From Alphaproteobacteria bacterium (GTDB lineage Bacteria > Pseudomonadota > Alphaproteobacteria > GCA-2731375): a stretch of DNA of 64,000 bases. The stretch lies in NCBI GenBank assembly GCA_965232515.1, contig CBDDPY010000002.1, forward strand, positions 2,144,001 through 2,208,000. Reading direction: 5' to 3'. Position numbers and translations under genes: made by a program. Below, piece by piece: positions 49,726-59,614 of the stretch. The notes under the pieces were generated by a model. That model had not been told where the DNA came from. It worked only from the letters and a program-made list of their open reading frames with translations, and ran no database searches. Position 1 is the first letter of the stretch. Each line of letters begins with the position of its first letter.

Positions 49726-49947
49726 TTGGCCGAAGTTCGTGTGAAATCCGAAATAACCGGCAAGGTCTGGATGATCGAAGCCAAGGCCGGCGACAAGGTG
49801 GCCGAGGACGACCCGATCGTCGTGCTTGAGAGCATGAAGATGGAAATCCCGGTCGGCGCCCCCGTCGATGGCACCGTCAAGGAGATCCTGGTCGCCGAGG
49901 GCGACACGGTACAGGAAGGCGACGAGGTCGCCGTGATGGACGGCTGA
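49726..49947 (+). CDS. Stand-alone biotin carboxyl carrier protein
   Basis: ESMKME biotinylation motif; TTG start with GGGAGG SD. Confidence 0.88.
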   Translation: MAEVRVKSEITGKVWMIEAKAGDKVAEDDPIVVLESMKMEIPVGAPVDGTVKEILVAEGDTVQEGDEVAVMDG

Positions 49948-49969
49948 GGTCCGACCGGGCGGCGGCGGG

Positions 49970-51406
49970 ATGGCGAATGCCGACGATCTCTGCTTCGCTT
50001 CGGCGGCCGAGCTGGCGGCACGCTACCGCGCTCGGGAACTGTCCCCGGTGGATGTGGTCGATGCCGTCCTCCAGCGGATCGAGGCGATCCAGCCGTCGAT
50101 CAACGCCTTTGTGACGGTCTGCTCGGACGAAGCCCGTCGGGAGGCCGCCGCGGCCGAGGCCGCGATGACACAAGACACGGAACCGCCGCCGCTGCTGGGC
50201 GTGCCGGTCTCGGTCAAGGATCTGGTCAATACGGCTGGCGTGCGCACGACCTTCGGCTCAAAGCTGATGGCCGACAACGTGCCGACGGCGGATTCGGTGA
50301 CGGTCGCGCGCCTGAAGCGGGCCGGCGCCATCCTGGTCGGCAAGACCACGACCCCGGAATTCGGACACAAGCCGCTGACCGAGGCGCCGCTGTTCGGCAA
50401 GACCCGCAATCCCTGGGACCTGTCCCGTACCTGTGGCGGGTCGAGCGGCGGCGCGGGGGCGGCCGTGGCCGCCGGTCTGGCACCGCTGGCTGTCGGCACC
50501 GATGGCGGCGGCTCGATCCGCATTCCCGCCGCCTGCTGTGGCGTTGTCGGCTTGAAGCCCACGCTGGGCTGCATCCCGCACGACCAGGCGGCCGACAACT
50601 TCGGCAACCTCGCCTATGTCGGGCCCATGACCCGAACCGTCGGCGATGCGGCGCGCATGCTCGACGCCATGGCCGGGCCCGACAGTGCCGACCCCTACTC
50701 GCTCGGGATCGCGTCGCGGGACTTTACATCTGCCGCCAAGCCCGAGGCCGATCTCAATGGCCTGCGCATTGCCTGGCGGCCCTACCTCGGCAACGCGGTC
50801 GTGGATGCCGAGGTCCTGCGCATCGTTGAGGCGGCGCTGCCGGCGTTCGAAGAGCTGGGCGCCGACGTGGAGCCCGTTACTGACGACTTCGCCAACACGG
50901 AGCCCCATTGGCTGGTGATCACCCACTCGATCTGGGCCAGCCGGTTCCAGGAACTGGTTCGCGACGGCCGCGAACAGATGGACCTGAGCCTGCTGACGCA
51001 AATCGACAAAGGTCAGAGCTACAGCGCGGTCGATCTGCAAGACGCGGCTCGCGCCCGCACCGCCCTGTTTCGAGAGGTGCAGGGCTGGTTCGACCGGTTC
51101 GACCTGGTGCTGACGCCGACGCTCAGCCGCACCGCCGTATCGGTCGACCACGATCCGTTGGGACAGGTCGAGATCGAAGGTCGGCCGGCCGGATCGCTGC
51201 GCGCGGCCTGGTACCCCTACACACACCCCTTCAACCTGACCGGCCATCCGGCGATCACGCTGCCCTGCGGCATGGCGTCGGACGGCCTGCCGGTAGGCTT
51301 GCAGATCATCGGTCCCTGGCATGCCGAGGAACAGCTCTTGCGGGCGGCCGCTTTGTTCGAAGCCGCCCGGCCCTGGGCCGGACGCCGGCCCGATCTCTCA
51401 AGCTGA
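49970..51406 (+). CDS. Amidase signature family protein
   Basis: [21 protein letters not shown]. Confidence 0.93.
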   Translation: MANADDLCFASAAELAARYRARELSPVDVVDAVLQRIEAIQPSINAFVTVCSDEARREAAAAEAAMTQDTEPPPLLGVPVSVKDLVNTAGVRTTFGSKLMADNVPTADSVTVARLKRAGAILVGKTTTPEFGHKPLTEAPLFGKTRNPWDLSRTCGGSSGGAGAAVAAGLAPLAVGTDGGGSIRIPAACCGVVGLKPTLGCIPHDQAADNFGNLAYVGPMTRTVGDAARMLDAMAGPDSADPYSLGIASRDFTSAAKPEADLNGLRIAWRPYLGNAVVDAEVLRIVEAALPAFEELGADVEPVTDDFANTEPHWLVITHSIWASRFQELVRDGREQMDLSLLTQIDKGQSYSAVDLQDAARARTALFREVQGWFDRFDLVLTPTLSRTAVSVDHDPLGQVEIEGRPAGSLRAAWYPYTHPFNLTGHPAITLPCGMASDGLPVGLQIIGPWHAEEQLLRAAALFEAARPWAGRRPDLSS

Positions 51407-51443
51407 AGCGCCCGCCCTTATCAGCGTATCTGGAGCGACAGTC

Positions 51444-52697
51444 ATGCAAGACGTTTACATCATCGGTACCCATTCGACGCCGTTCGCCAAGTATCCGAAG
51501 AAGAGCTTCAAGGACCTGGCGCGCGAGACCTATCTGGGCGTGCTGGCCGATGCCGGCCTGGAGAACGGCGACGACATCGAGTTCGCCTGGTTCGGCAATT
51601 GCGGCATGGGCTCGTGGGGACAGCCGAACGTGCGCGGCCAGGTCTGCTTCACGCCGCTGGTGCGCGAGGGCCTGTTTCCCGAACGCGTGCCGATGATCAA
51701 CGTCGAGGGCGCCTGCGCCACGGCGTCGATGGCGCTGCACGGCGCCTGGAAGGATATCCTCAGCGGTCAAACGCAAGTCTCGCTCGCCGTCGGCGTCGAG
51801 AAGACCTTCATTCCCGACGAGCCGGAGAAGACCTTCGCGCTGTTCGCCGGCGGCATCGACCAGCTCGATCCGCGGGAATGGCAGGACCACTACGCGGCGG
51901 CGGGCGACAAGGCCGGCAAGCCGTTCGAGACCGGGCCCGGACGCACGGTGTTCATGGACACCTACGCCATGCAGGCCTGCCATCACATGAAACGCTTCGG
52001 CACAACGCAGCGGCAGATCGCCGTCGGCGCCGCGAAAAACCACAACAACGGCGCCATGAACCCGAACGCGCAGTACCGCTTCGAAATGTCGGTCGACGAC
52101 GTGCTGGCCGACCGCGAGGTGAGCTATCCGCTGACCCGCGCCATGTGCGCGCCGATCGGCGATGGCGCCGCCGCGGCCTTGGTCTGCTCGGCCGATTACC
52201 TCGCCGCCCAGCCGGCCGCCGTGCGTGACCGCGCGGTCAAGTTGAGGGCGAGCGCAATTGCCGGCGGCAAGTACCGCGATCTGGATGAGCCCAGCCTGAC
52301 CCGGCCGGCGGCGCAGAAGGCCTACGACATGGCCGGCCTGACGCCGGACGACATCAACGTGGCCGAGGTGCACGACGCCACCTCATTCTGCGAGGTCTTC
52401 CAGGTCGAGATGCTGGGCTTCTGCGCCGATGGCGAGGGCGGCCGCTTCGTCGAGGACGGCAACACAATGCTGGATGGCCGCATTCCCATCAACACCTCGG
52501 GCGGCCTGGTCTCGAAGGGCCATCCGGTCGGCGCCACGGGCCTGTCGATGATCCACGAGCTGGCCCAGCAGCTGCGCGGCGAGGCCGGCCCGCGGCAGGT
52601 CAAGGACGCGCGCCGGGCACTGGCCGAGAACGGCGGCGGCGTCATCGGCTTCGAGGAAGCGGCTGTCTGCATCTCAATCCTCGAACGCGCGGACTGA
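51444..52697 (+). CDS. Thiolase family protein (SCP2-thiolase-like)
   Basis: VEGACATAS, EVHDAT, NTSGG..KGHPVGATG. Confidence 0.9.
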   Translation: MQDVYIIGTHSTPFAKYPKKSFKDLARETYLGVLADAGLENGDDIEFAWFGNCGMGSWGQPNVRGQVCFTPLVREGLFPERVPMINVEGACATASMALHGAWKDILSGQTQVSLAVGVEKTFIPDEPEKTFALFAGGIDQLDPREWQDHYAAAGDKAGKPFETGPGRTVFMDTYAMQACHHMKRFGTTQRQIAVGAAKNHNNGAMNPNAQYRFEMSVDDVLADREVSYPLTRAMCAPIGDGAAAALVCSADYLAAQPAAVRDRAVKLRASAIAGGKYRDLDEPSLTRPAAQKAYDMAGLTPDDINVAEVHDATSFCEVFQVEMLGFCADGEGGRFVEDGNTMLDGRIPINTSGGLVSKGHPVGATGLSMIHELAQQLRGEAGPRQVKDARRALAENGGGVIGFEEAAVCISILERAD

Positions 52698-52707
52698 CCG
52701 CCCTCGC

Positions 52708-53469
52708 TTAAGGCAGGGGCGACAGGCCGGGCGGCGGCCCGGCCTTTTCGGCCGTCAGCACCTGGAAGGTGCGCAAGCGGCGCGGCAGCACCGCGAACAG
52801 CACCCGCGCCAGCGCGCCCTTCTTGCCGCGCGGATAGTGGTAGTGGTGAAAGCCGGTCTCGGTGACGGTGAAGTTGCCGAGCGCCAGAAAGCGCCGGATC
52901 TCGGCCGGCGAATACTCGCGCACGTGCCCCATATGGCCGAGATGGCGGAGCTGCGAGAACGCCGCGACCGGATCGTTGGTGCCGTAGCCCAGCACGAAGC
53001 GCGCGATGTTCTGCACCGAATAGAGGTTGGGCGTCGTCAGCAGCAGTCGACCGCCCGGCCGCATCACCCGGTTAAGCTCGGACAGCACGAACAGCGGATC
53101 GACGCGCAGGTGCTCGAACACCTCCGCGAAGACGACGCAATCGAATTGGCCGTCGTCGAACGGCAACGGCTCGCGCTCGATATCGCAGCGCTCGACGCGC
53201 AGTTCGTAACGGTCGATCAGCGTCTGCGCTCGCGCCGGCGCCACGTCGATCCCGATCACGTGAAATCCGGCGAGCTTCAACGCTACGGTCAGGTGGCAGG
53301 GCAGCGACCCAACCTCAAGAACATCGCCGTCCCGGTACAGCCGCCGCACGCGCGCGAGATCGTGTTCGTAGCGGCGGCGGTGGGCCGCAAAGTCGGTCCG
53401 GTGCCAGACCGCCGCCGGGCCGTCGATGGTCCTAATCGTCCGCGCCAGATCGTCGAGTTCGGAAGCCAT
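52708..53469 (-). CDS. Class I SAM-dependent methyltransferase
   Basis: VLEVGS, LPFDDGQFD..EVFEHL, RVMRPGG..TTPN. Confidence 0.85.
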   Translation of the reverse strand: MASELDDLARTIRTIDGPAAVWHRTDFAAHRRRYEHDLARVRRLYRDGDVLEVGSLPCHLTVALKLAGFHVIGIDVAPARAQTLIDRYELRVERCDIEREPLPFDDGQFDCVVFAEVFEHLRVDPLFVLSELNRVMRPGGRLLLTTPNLYSVQNIARFVLGYGTNDPVAAFSQLRHLGHMGHVREYSPAEIRRFLALGNFTVTETGFHHYHYPRGKKGALARVLFAVLPRRLRTFQVLTAEKAGPPPGLSPLP

Positions 53470-53543
53470 GGCGCTATATACTACGGCGCCAGATCGGAGG
53501 CGACGGGCCGCGATCGCAGCCATCCGACATGGGTGTATCGGCA

Positions 53544-54335
53544 ATGGATTTCGGACTGAAGGACAAGGTCGCACTGGTGACCGGCGGCAGCCGGGGCATC
53601 GGCCGGGCGGTGGCGCTGACGCTCGCCGACCAGGGCATGCGGGTGGCGATCTGCGGCCGGACGCCGGAGAGCCTGGAAATGACGGTGGCCGACCTCCGTG
53701 GCAAAGGCATGGAGGCCTGGGGCTTCCAGGCCGACGTCAGCCGTCTGGACGACGTCGAGCGTTTCGTCGCCGAGGCCGTGGCGGCCGCGGGACGGGTCGA
53801 CGTGCTGATCAACAATGCCGTGACCTCGACCAGCGCGCCGTTCGACGAACTGACCGACGATCAGTTCCGCTACCATATCGACGTCAAGCTGATGGCGTAT
53901 ATCCGCATCGCCCGGCTGGTGTTGCCGCACATGGCGCAACAGGGCGGCGGGCGCATCGTCAATGTCGGCGGCATGACGGCCCGGATCGTGGCCCCGCTGC
54001 GGATGACCAACGGCGTGGTGAACGCCGGCGTCGCCAACTTCACCAAGCAGTTTGCCGGCTACGCCGCCCGGCACAATGTGACGGTCAATTGCGTGCACCC
54101 CGGCTACACCGCGACGGAACGGGTGACGCAGATCTTCGAGCGCGAGGCGAAGGACGGCGGCGTCGGCGTCGACGACATCATCGCCAAACGCACGGCCGAC
54201 ATTCCGCTCGGCAAACTCGTTCAGCCCGAGGACATCGCGGCGGCGGCGCTGTTCTTCTGCTCCCCCATGGCAGGCATGGTCACGGGACAGAGCATCGCCG
54301 TCGACGGCGGTTCCGGCGAGGCGGTGATCTATTAG
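53544..54335 (+). CDS. SDR family oxidoreductase
   Basis: TGGSRGIG, LINNA, VNCVHPG, VDGG. Confidence 0.9.
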   Translation: MDFGLKDKVALVTGGSRGIGRAVALTLADQGMRVAICGRTPESLEMTVADLRGKGMEAWGFQADVSRLDDVERFVAEAVAAAGRVDVLINNAVTSTSAPFDELTDDQFRYHIDVKLMAYIRIARLVLPHMAQQGGGRIVNVGGMTARIVAPLRMTNGVVNAGVANFTKQFAGYAARHNVTVNCVHPGYTATERVTQIFEREAKDGGVGVDDIIAKRTADIPLGKLVQPEDIAAAALFFCSPMAGMVTGQSIAVDGGSGEAVIY

Positions 54336-54338
54336 GCC

Positions 54339-54962
54339 TCAGACGTCGGCGACGACGGAAACGCCGTATTCCAGGCTTGCATCCTCGAGCCAGCGCCAGG
54401 CGTATTCGGCGAAGCTGCGGTGTACATAGATGTCGCAGGTCGGCCCCGTTTCGGGGTCGTCGGCGAGCGCGTGCAGCAGCATGTGCGTGCGGGCGAGGTT
54501 GGACTGGGCGCACTGGGGCGGCGCGAAGACGGTGGGGTGCAGATCGAGGCTGCAGCCCTTGGCGAGGACGTCGCGCGCATGCCGGCCGCCGAGACCGATG
54601 ACCGCCCGGCTTTCGCTGACATTGGTCACCGCGTGATGGCTGTTCGACAGCGACTGGCGCAGCGCGCTCGCCATGCCCGGCCCGTCGCCCGGCGTGACGA
54701 TCAGCCATTCGCTGGGTCCGAGCCACAGCGCCGTCACCTCGCCGTGGCTCGCCGTCGTGTTCGGCGTCAGCGGCAGATCGAAACCCATGCCCTCGCGGAA
54801 AGCCGCCAGGAACGTCGCGTCGTCGCTTTCGCCGCGCACCGCCACCTGGCCGCGAAACGGCCGCTCGCAAAGGCGCACACCGGATTCTGCCGTGCCCTCG
54901 CCGACCCGAGCCGCGATGTTGAGCGCGACGAGCCCGCTCTGCCGGCGCCAGTCGTCAGCCAC
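54339..54962 (-). CDS. soxG: Sarcosine oxidase gamma subunit
   Basis: LWLGPSEWL, LAKGCSLDLH, RSFAEY; operon position; GTG start overlapping soxA end. Confidence 0.88.
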   Translation of the reverse strand: MADDWRRQSGLVALNIAARVGEGTAESGVRLCERPFRGQVAVRGESDDATFLAAFREGMGFDLPLTPNTTASHGEVTALWLGPSEWLIVTPGDGPGMASALRQSLSNSHHAVTNVSESRAVIGLGGRHARDVLAKGCSLDLHPTVFAPPQCAQSNLARTHMLLHALADDPETGPTCDIYVHRSFAEYAWRWLEDASLEYGVSVVADV

Positions 54963-57957
54963 GGGCCCGCGCCCCCTCGGCGTCGAAGAACCGTGGCGGC
55001 GCGATCTTCGCCGGGACTGTTTGATCGTCGAAGAACAGATGCACGCGCTCGCCATGCCGGTCGCCGCCGCCCGAGACCAGGCCCAGAGCGATGGAGCGGC
55101 CGACATTGGGACTGTGGTAGCTCGACGTCACGTGGCCCAGCATCTTCTCCGGCGGCTTGGGGTTGGCCGTGCCGATGACCTGCGCGCCCTCGGGCACCAC
55201 AAGATCGGGGTCTTCGGTCAGGAGACCGACAAGCTGTTTGCGGTCGGGCCGGGCCGTGTCGGACCGTGACAGCGAGCGTTTGCCGATGAAGTCCTTTTTG
55301 CGGCTGACCATGGCGTCCATGCCGAGGTCGACCGGCGTCACCGTGCCGTCGGTTTCCTGACCGACGATGATGAACCCCGCTTCGGCCCGCAGCACGTGCA
55401 TGGCCTCGGTGCCGTAGGGGGTGATGGCGTATTTTTCACCCGCCGTCATCAGCGCCTGCCAGAGCGCCAGGCCGTAACTCGCCGGCACGTTGATCTCGTA
55501 GGACAGCTCGCCCGAAAAGCTGATCCGGAACACGCGGGCCGGGATACCGGCGACCCGCCCCATGCGCAGGCTCATGAACGGAAAAGCCTCGTTGTCGAGC
55601 TCGATGCCCTCGCTCAGCTCGGCCAGCAGCTTGCGCGCGTTCGGCCCGCCAATACTGGCGACGGCCCATTGTTCGGTCACCGAATTGCAATAGACCTTGA
55701 GATCAGGCCATTCGGTCTGCAGCCAGTTCTCCAGCCAGCCCAGCACGGCGGCGGCGTTGCCGGTGGTGGTGGTCATGTGGAAGTGCTGTTCGGCGAGGCG
55801 CGTAGTGACGCCGTCGTCGAAGACCATGCCGTCCTCATGCAGCATCAGGCCGTAGCGGCAGCGGCCGACGCCCAGCTTCGACCAGCCGTTGATGTAAATG
55901 CGGTTCAGGAACTCGGCCGCGTCCGGCCCCTGGATATCGATCTTGCCCAGCGTCGTCGCGTCGAGAACGCCGAGGCTGTGACGCGTCGCCTTGCACTCGC
56001 GCGCGACCGCGGCATGCATGTCCTCCTCGCCACGCTGATAGTAGCGCGGCCGCAGCCATTGGCCGACGGGCTCGAACACCGCGCCGTTGGTCACGTGCCA
56101 GGCATGCATCGGCGTCTTGCGCTCGGGATCGAGAAAGTCGCCATGGTCGCGGCCGGCGAAGGCGCTGAACGAGGCCGGCGTATAGGGCGGCCGGAAGGTC
56201 GTGGTACCGACCGCTTCGATATCGACGCCGAGCGTGCCGGCGACGATGGCGAGCGCATTGACGTTCGAGGTCTTGCCCTGATCGGTGCCCATGCCGGTCG
56301 TGGTGTAGCGCTTCACATGCTCGATCGAGCGATAGCCTTCGCGCGCCGCCAGATTGAGATCGGCCGCCGTCACGTCGTTCTGGAAATCGACGAAGTGCTT
56401 GGCGCCCCGCCCCAGCGCCGCCTTTCCCGGCACCAACCAGAGCGGCCGCATGGGTGTCGACTCCGGTAGCGCGTCGACCGTGGGCAGGCCCGAAGATTGT
56501 GCGCCGGCGGCGCCTGACGCTGCGGCGCCCGCCGCTGCGCCCTCGGCGAGGCAAGCCGCCAGATCGAAGTCACCGTTGGCGGCGCCGACGGAGCGCTCGG
56601 CCTGCCGCGACGCGTCCGGCACAAAGGCCGATTTCTCCTGATCGAACCGCAGGCGGCCGCCGGACTGCGAGAACAAATGCACGGTCGGATTCCAGCCGCC
56701 GGAAATCGCCAGCAGTTCGCACTCAAGGCGCCGCGGCAGGCTGACGACCGCCGTGCCGCCGTCATCGAGCCGCTGTACATCCACCGCCGTCACGCCCCGC
56801 GCGCCGTAGACGCCGACAACGGCCTCGCCGGCATAGATGGCGATGCCGGCCTCGCGCGCCCGGTCGACGTAGGCGCCGGTGATATCGGGGCGCAGATCGA
56901 CAATGGCGGCGACCGTAATCCCGGCGTCCGCCATGTCCAGCGCCACACCGTAGGCGCTGTCGTTGTTGGTGAAGACCACCGCGCGCCGGCCCGGCCGCAC
57001 GCTGTAGCGATGCAGATAGCATTGCGCGGCGCTCGCCAGCATGACTCCGGGCCGGTCGTTGTCGGCGAAAACCAGCGGTCGTTCGATGGCGCCCGTCGCC
57101 AGCACGACCCGCTTCGCCCGGATCTTCCACAGGCGTTGGCGCGGTCGGTGCGGCGGCGGCACGGCCAGATGATCCGCCACCCGCTCGACGGCGGTCAGAT
57201 AGTTATGGTCGTGGTAGCCGATCACGGTCGTGCGCGGCAGCAGCCGGACATTGTCGCGGTCTTGCAATTCGTCAACGACGGACGCCGCCCAATCCGCCCC
57301 CGGCGCATCGTCGATACGCTCGCCGTTGCCCAACAGGCTGCCGCCGAAAGCCGGCTGCTCGTCGGCCAGTATCACCCGCGCGCCGCCCGCAGCCGCTGCC
57401 CGCGCGGCGGCGAGGCCGGCCGGACCGCCGCCGACAACCAGCACGTCGCAATGGGCGTGCATCTTGTCGTAGCGGTCGGGGTCGGGCTGCTCGGGCGAGC
57501 GGCCCATGCCGGCGGCATGCCGGATCACGACCTCGTAGGTCTCCCAGAAGCCCTTCGGCCACATGAAGGTCTTGTAGTAGAAGCCGGCCGGAAACAGCCG
57601 GCCAAGCGCGTTGTTCACAGCCCCGACATCGAATTTCAGCGACGGCCAGCGGTTCTGGCTTTCAGCTTCCAGGCCGTCGAACAGCTCGATCTGAGTCGCC
57701 CGCACGTTGGGCTCGGTGCGCGCGCCCTTTCGGAGCTGCACGAGCGCGTTTGGCTCCTCCGAGCCCGCCGTCATGATGCCGCGCGGCCGGTGGTACTTGA
57801 AGCTGCGGCCAACCATGCGCACGCCGTTCGCCAGCAGGGCCGAGGCCAGAGTGTCGCCGGCATAGCCGCGATACCAGCGGCCGTCGAAGCGGAAGTTCAG
57901 CGGCCGGCTGCGGTCGATGTCGCCGCCCTCGGGCAGGCGCAGATCATCCCCCCTCAT
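54955..57957 (-). CDS. soxA: Sarcosine oxidase alpha subunit
   Basis: GDTLASALLANG, RSFKYHRPRG, AGFYYKTFMWP, KRYTTTGMGTDQGK, GcvT-like C-terminus. Confidence 0.94.
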   Translation of the reverse strand: MRGDDLRLPEGGDIDRSRPLNFRFDGRWYRGYAGDTLASALLANGVRMVGRSFKYHRPRGIMTAGSEEPNALVQLRKGARTEPNVRATQIELFDGLEAESQNRWPSLKFDVGAVNNALGRLFPAGFYYKTFMWPKGFWETYEVVIRHAAGMGRSPEQPDPDRYDKMHAHCDVLVVGGGPAGLAAARAAAAGGARVILADEQPAFGGSLLGNGERIDDAPGADWAASVVDELQDRDNVRLLPRTTVIGYHDHNYLTAVERVADHLAVPPPHRPRQRLWKIRAKRVVLATGAIERPLVFADNDRPGVMLASAAQCYLHRYSVRPGRRAVVFTNNDSAYGVALDMADAGITVAAIVDLRPDITGAYVDRAREAGIAIYAGEAVVGVYGARGVTAVDVQRLDDGGTAVVSLPRRLECELLAISGGWNPTVHLFSQSGGRLRFDQEKSAFVPDASRQAERSVGAANGDFDLAACLAEGAAAGAAASGAAGAQSSGLPTVDALPESTPMRPLWLVPGKAALGRGAKHFVDFQNDVTAADLNLAAREGYRSIEHVKRYTTTGMGTDQGKTSNVNALAIVAGTLGVDIEAVGTTTFRPPYTPASFSAFAGRDHGDFLDPERKTPMHAWHVTNGAVFEPVGQWLRPRYYQRGEEDMHAAVARECKATRHSLGVLDATTLGKIDIQGPDAAEFLNRIYINGWSKLGVGRCRYGLMLHEDGMVFDDGVTTRLAEQHFHMTTTTGNAAAVLGWLENWLQTEWPDLKVYCNSVTEQWAVASIGGPNARKLLAELSEGIELDNEAFPFMSLRMGRVAGIPARVFRISFSGELSYEINVPASYGLALWQALMTAGEKYAITPYGTEAMHVLRAEAGFIIVGQETDGTVTPVDLGMDAMVSRKKDFIGKRSLSRSDTARPDRKQLVGLLTEDPDLVVPEGAQVIGTANPKPPEKMLGHVTSSYHSPNVGRSIALGLVSGGGDRHGERVHLFFDDQTVPAKIAPPRFFDAEGARARG

Positions 57958-58235
57958 GGCTCGACCTCGGGCGGCGATTCGCCCATGCGATAGACGGCCA
58001 GGATCTCGTGCGTCACGGTATGGCGGGCGACATTGAACCAGCGGCGGCAGCCCGCGGCGTGGTTCCAACGCTCGTACTGCACGCCCTTCGGGTTCTTGCG
58101 CATGAAGACATAGTCGCCCCAGGCGGTGTCGCTGAGGCCTTCGCTGTCGACCGGCCGGGCGATATGCGCTTCGCCGCCGCACTGAAATTCGCTTTCTTCG
58201 CGCGGGCCGCACCAGGGACAGGAAATCAACAACAT
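57954..58235 (-). CDS. soxD: Sarcosine oxidase delta subunit
   Basis: CPWCGPR, NPKG..ERW.H..GCRRWF. Confidence 0.92.
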   Translation of the reverse strand: MLLISCPWCGPREESEFQCGGEAHIARPVDSEGLSDTAWGDYVFMRKNPKGVQYERWNHAAGCRRWFNVARHTVTHEILAVYRMGESPPEVEP

Positions 58236-58246
58236 CAGCCCTATTC

Positions 58247-59497
58247 CTAATGCGCGACCGCAGCCGCGCCGTGCTCCGCGACAAGTTCGCCCGAGTAGAA
58301 CCGGTCGAGCTTGAATGGCGCGTTGATGGCGTGCGGCTCGTCCCGCGCGATGGTGTGCGCGAAGGTCCAGCCGGAAGCGGGCGTCGCCTTGAAACCGCCC
58401 GTGCCCCAACCGCAATTGAAGTAGAGGCCGCCAACGGGCGTCTTCGAGATGATCGGGCTGGCGTCCGGCGCGATGTCGACGATGCCGCCCCACGACCGCA
58501 GCATGCGCACACGGCCGAACATCGGGAACAGCTCGACGATGGCGCGGATCGTCTCCTCGATGATCGGCAGGCTGCCGCGCTGGGCGTAGGAGTTGTAGAG
58601 GTCGGCGCCGGCGCCGATCACCAGCTCGCCTTTGTCGGACTGGCTGATATAGGCGTGCACGGCGTTTGACATGACGACCGTGTCCAGCACCGGTTTGATC
58701 GGTTCCGAGACCAGCGCCTGTAGCGGATGGCTGTCGATCGGCAGGCGGAAGCCGGCCATGTCGGCCAGCACCGTGGCGTGGCCGGCGACGACGACGCCGA
58801 CCTTGGCGGCGCCGATGAAGCCCTTCGTGGTCTCGACGCCCTGCACCGCGCCGTCGTGGATGCGGAACCCCGTGACCTCACAGTTCTGAATGATGTCGAC
58901 GCCGCGCTTGTCCGCGCCCCGGGCATAACCCCAGGCGACCGCGTCATGCCGGGCGACGCCGCCGCGGCGTTGCAGCGTGGCGCCCAGCACCGGATAGCGT
59001 GCATCGGGATCGCAGTTCAGGATCGGGCAGAACTCCTTCACCTGCGACGTGCTCAGCCAGTCGGAGTCGACGCCGTTCAGATGATTGGCATAGCAGCGGC
59101 GTTTCAGCTCGCGCACGTCGTGCTCGTTGTGCGCCAGGTTCATGACACCGCGCTGACTGAACATGACGTTGTAGTTCAGGTCCTGGCTCAGGCCTTCCCA
59201 GAGCTTCAGCGCGTGCTCGTAGAGGCCGGCGCTTTCGTCATAGAGATAGTTGGAGCGGATGATCGTGGTGTTGCGGCCGGTATTGCCGCCGCCGATCCAG
59301 CCCTTCTCGACCACCGCAACGTTCGTCAGGCCATGCAGCTTGGCAAGGTAATAGGCCGTCGCCAGGCCGTGCCCGCCGCCGCCGACGATCACGACATCAT
59401 AGCTCGGCCGCGGCTCCGGGCTGCGCCAGACCGATTGCCAATTCTCATGATAGCTCAGCGCATTACGCGCCAATGCGAAGATGGAGTATTTGGACAG
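58247..59497 (-). CDS. soxB: Sarcosine oxidase beta subunit
   Basis: [48 protein letters not shown]; CTG start at 59497 inferred. Confidence 0.93.
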   Translation of the reverse strand: MSKYSIFALARNALSYHENWQSVWRSPEPRPSYDVVIVGGGGHGLATAYYLAKLHGLTNVAVVEKGWIGGGNTGRNTTIIRSNYLYDESAGLYEHALKLWEGLSQDLNYNVMFSQRGVMNLAHNEHDVRELKRRCYANHLNGVDSDWLSTSQVKEFCPILNCDPDARYPVLGATLQRRGGVARHDAVAWGYARGADKRGVDIIQNCEVTGFRIHDGAVQGVETTKGFIGAAKVGVVVAGHATVLADMAGFRLPIDSHPLQALVSEPIKPVLDTVVMSNAVHAYISQSDKGELVIGAGADLYNSYAQRGSLPIIEETIRAIVELFPMFGRVRMLRSWGGIVDIAPDASPIISKTPVGGLYFNCGWGTGGFKATPASGWTFAHTIARDEPHAINAPFKLDRFYSGELVAEHGAAAVAH

Positions 59498-59614
59498 TTC
59501 AGATGTCCCCGCGCCGCCAGACCCCTGCTTATCGTTGGTCTGTTTATATCGCCGGCCCGTGACAGAACACCAGCATTTGCGACAACAAGCCGCCGCGGAG
59601 CGACGTCTTTCGGG

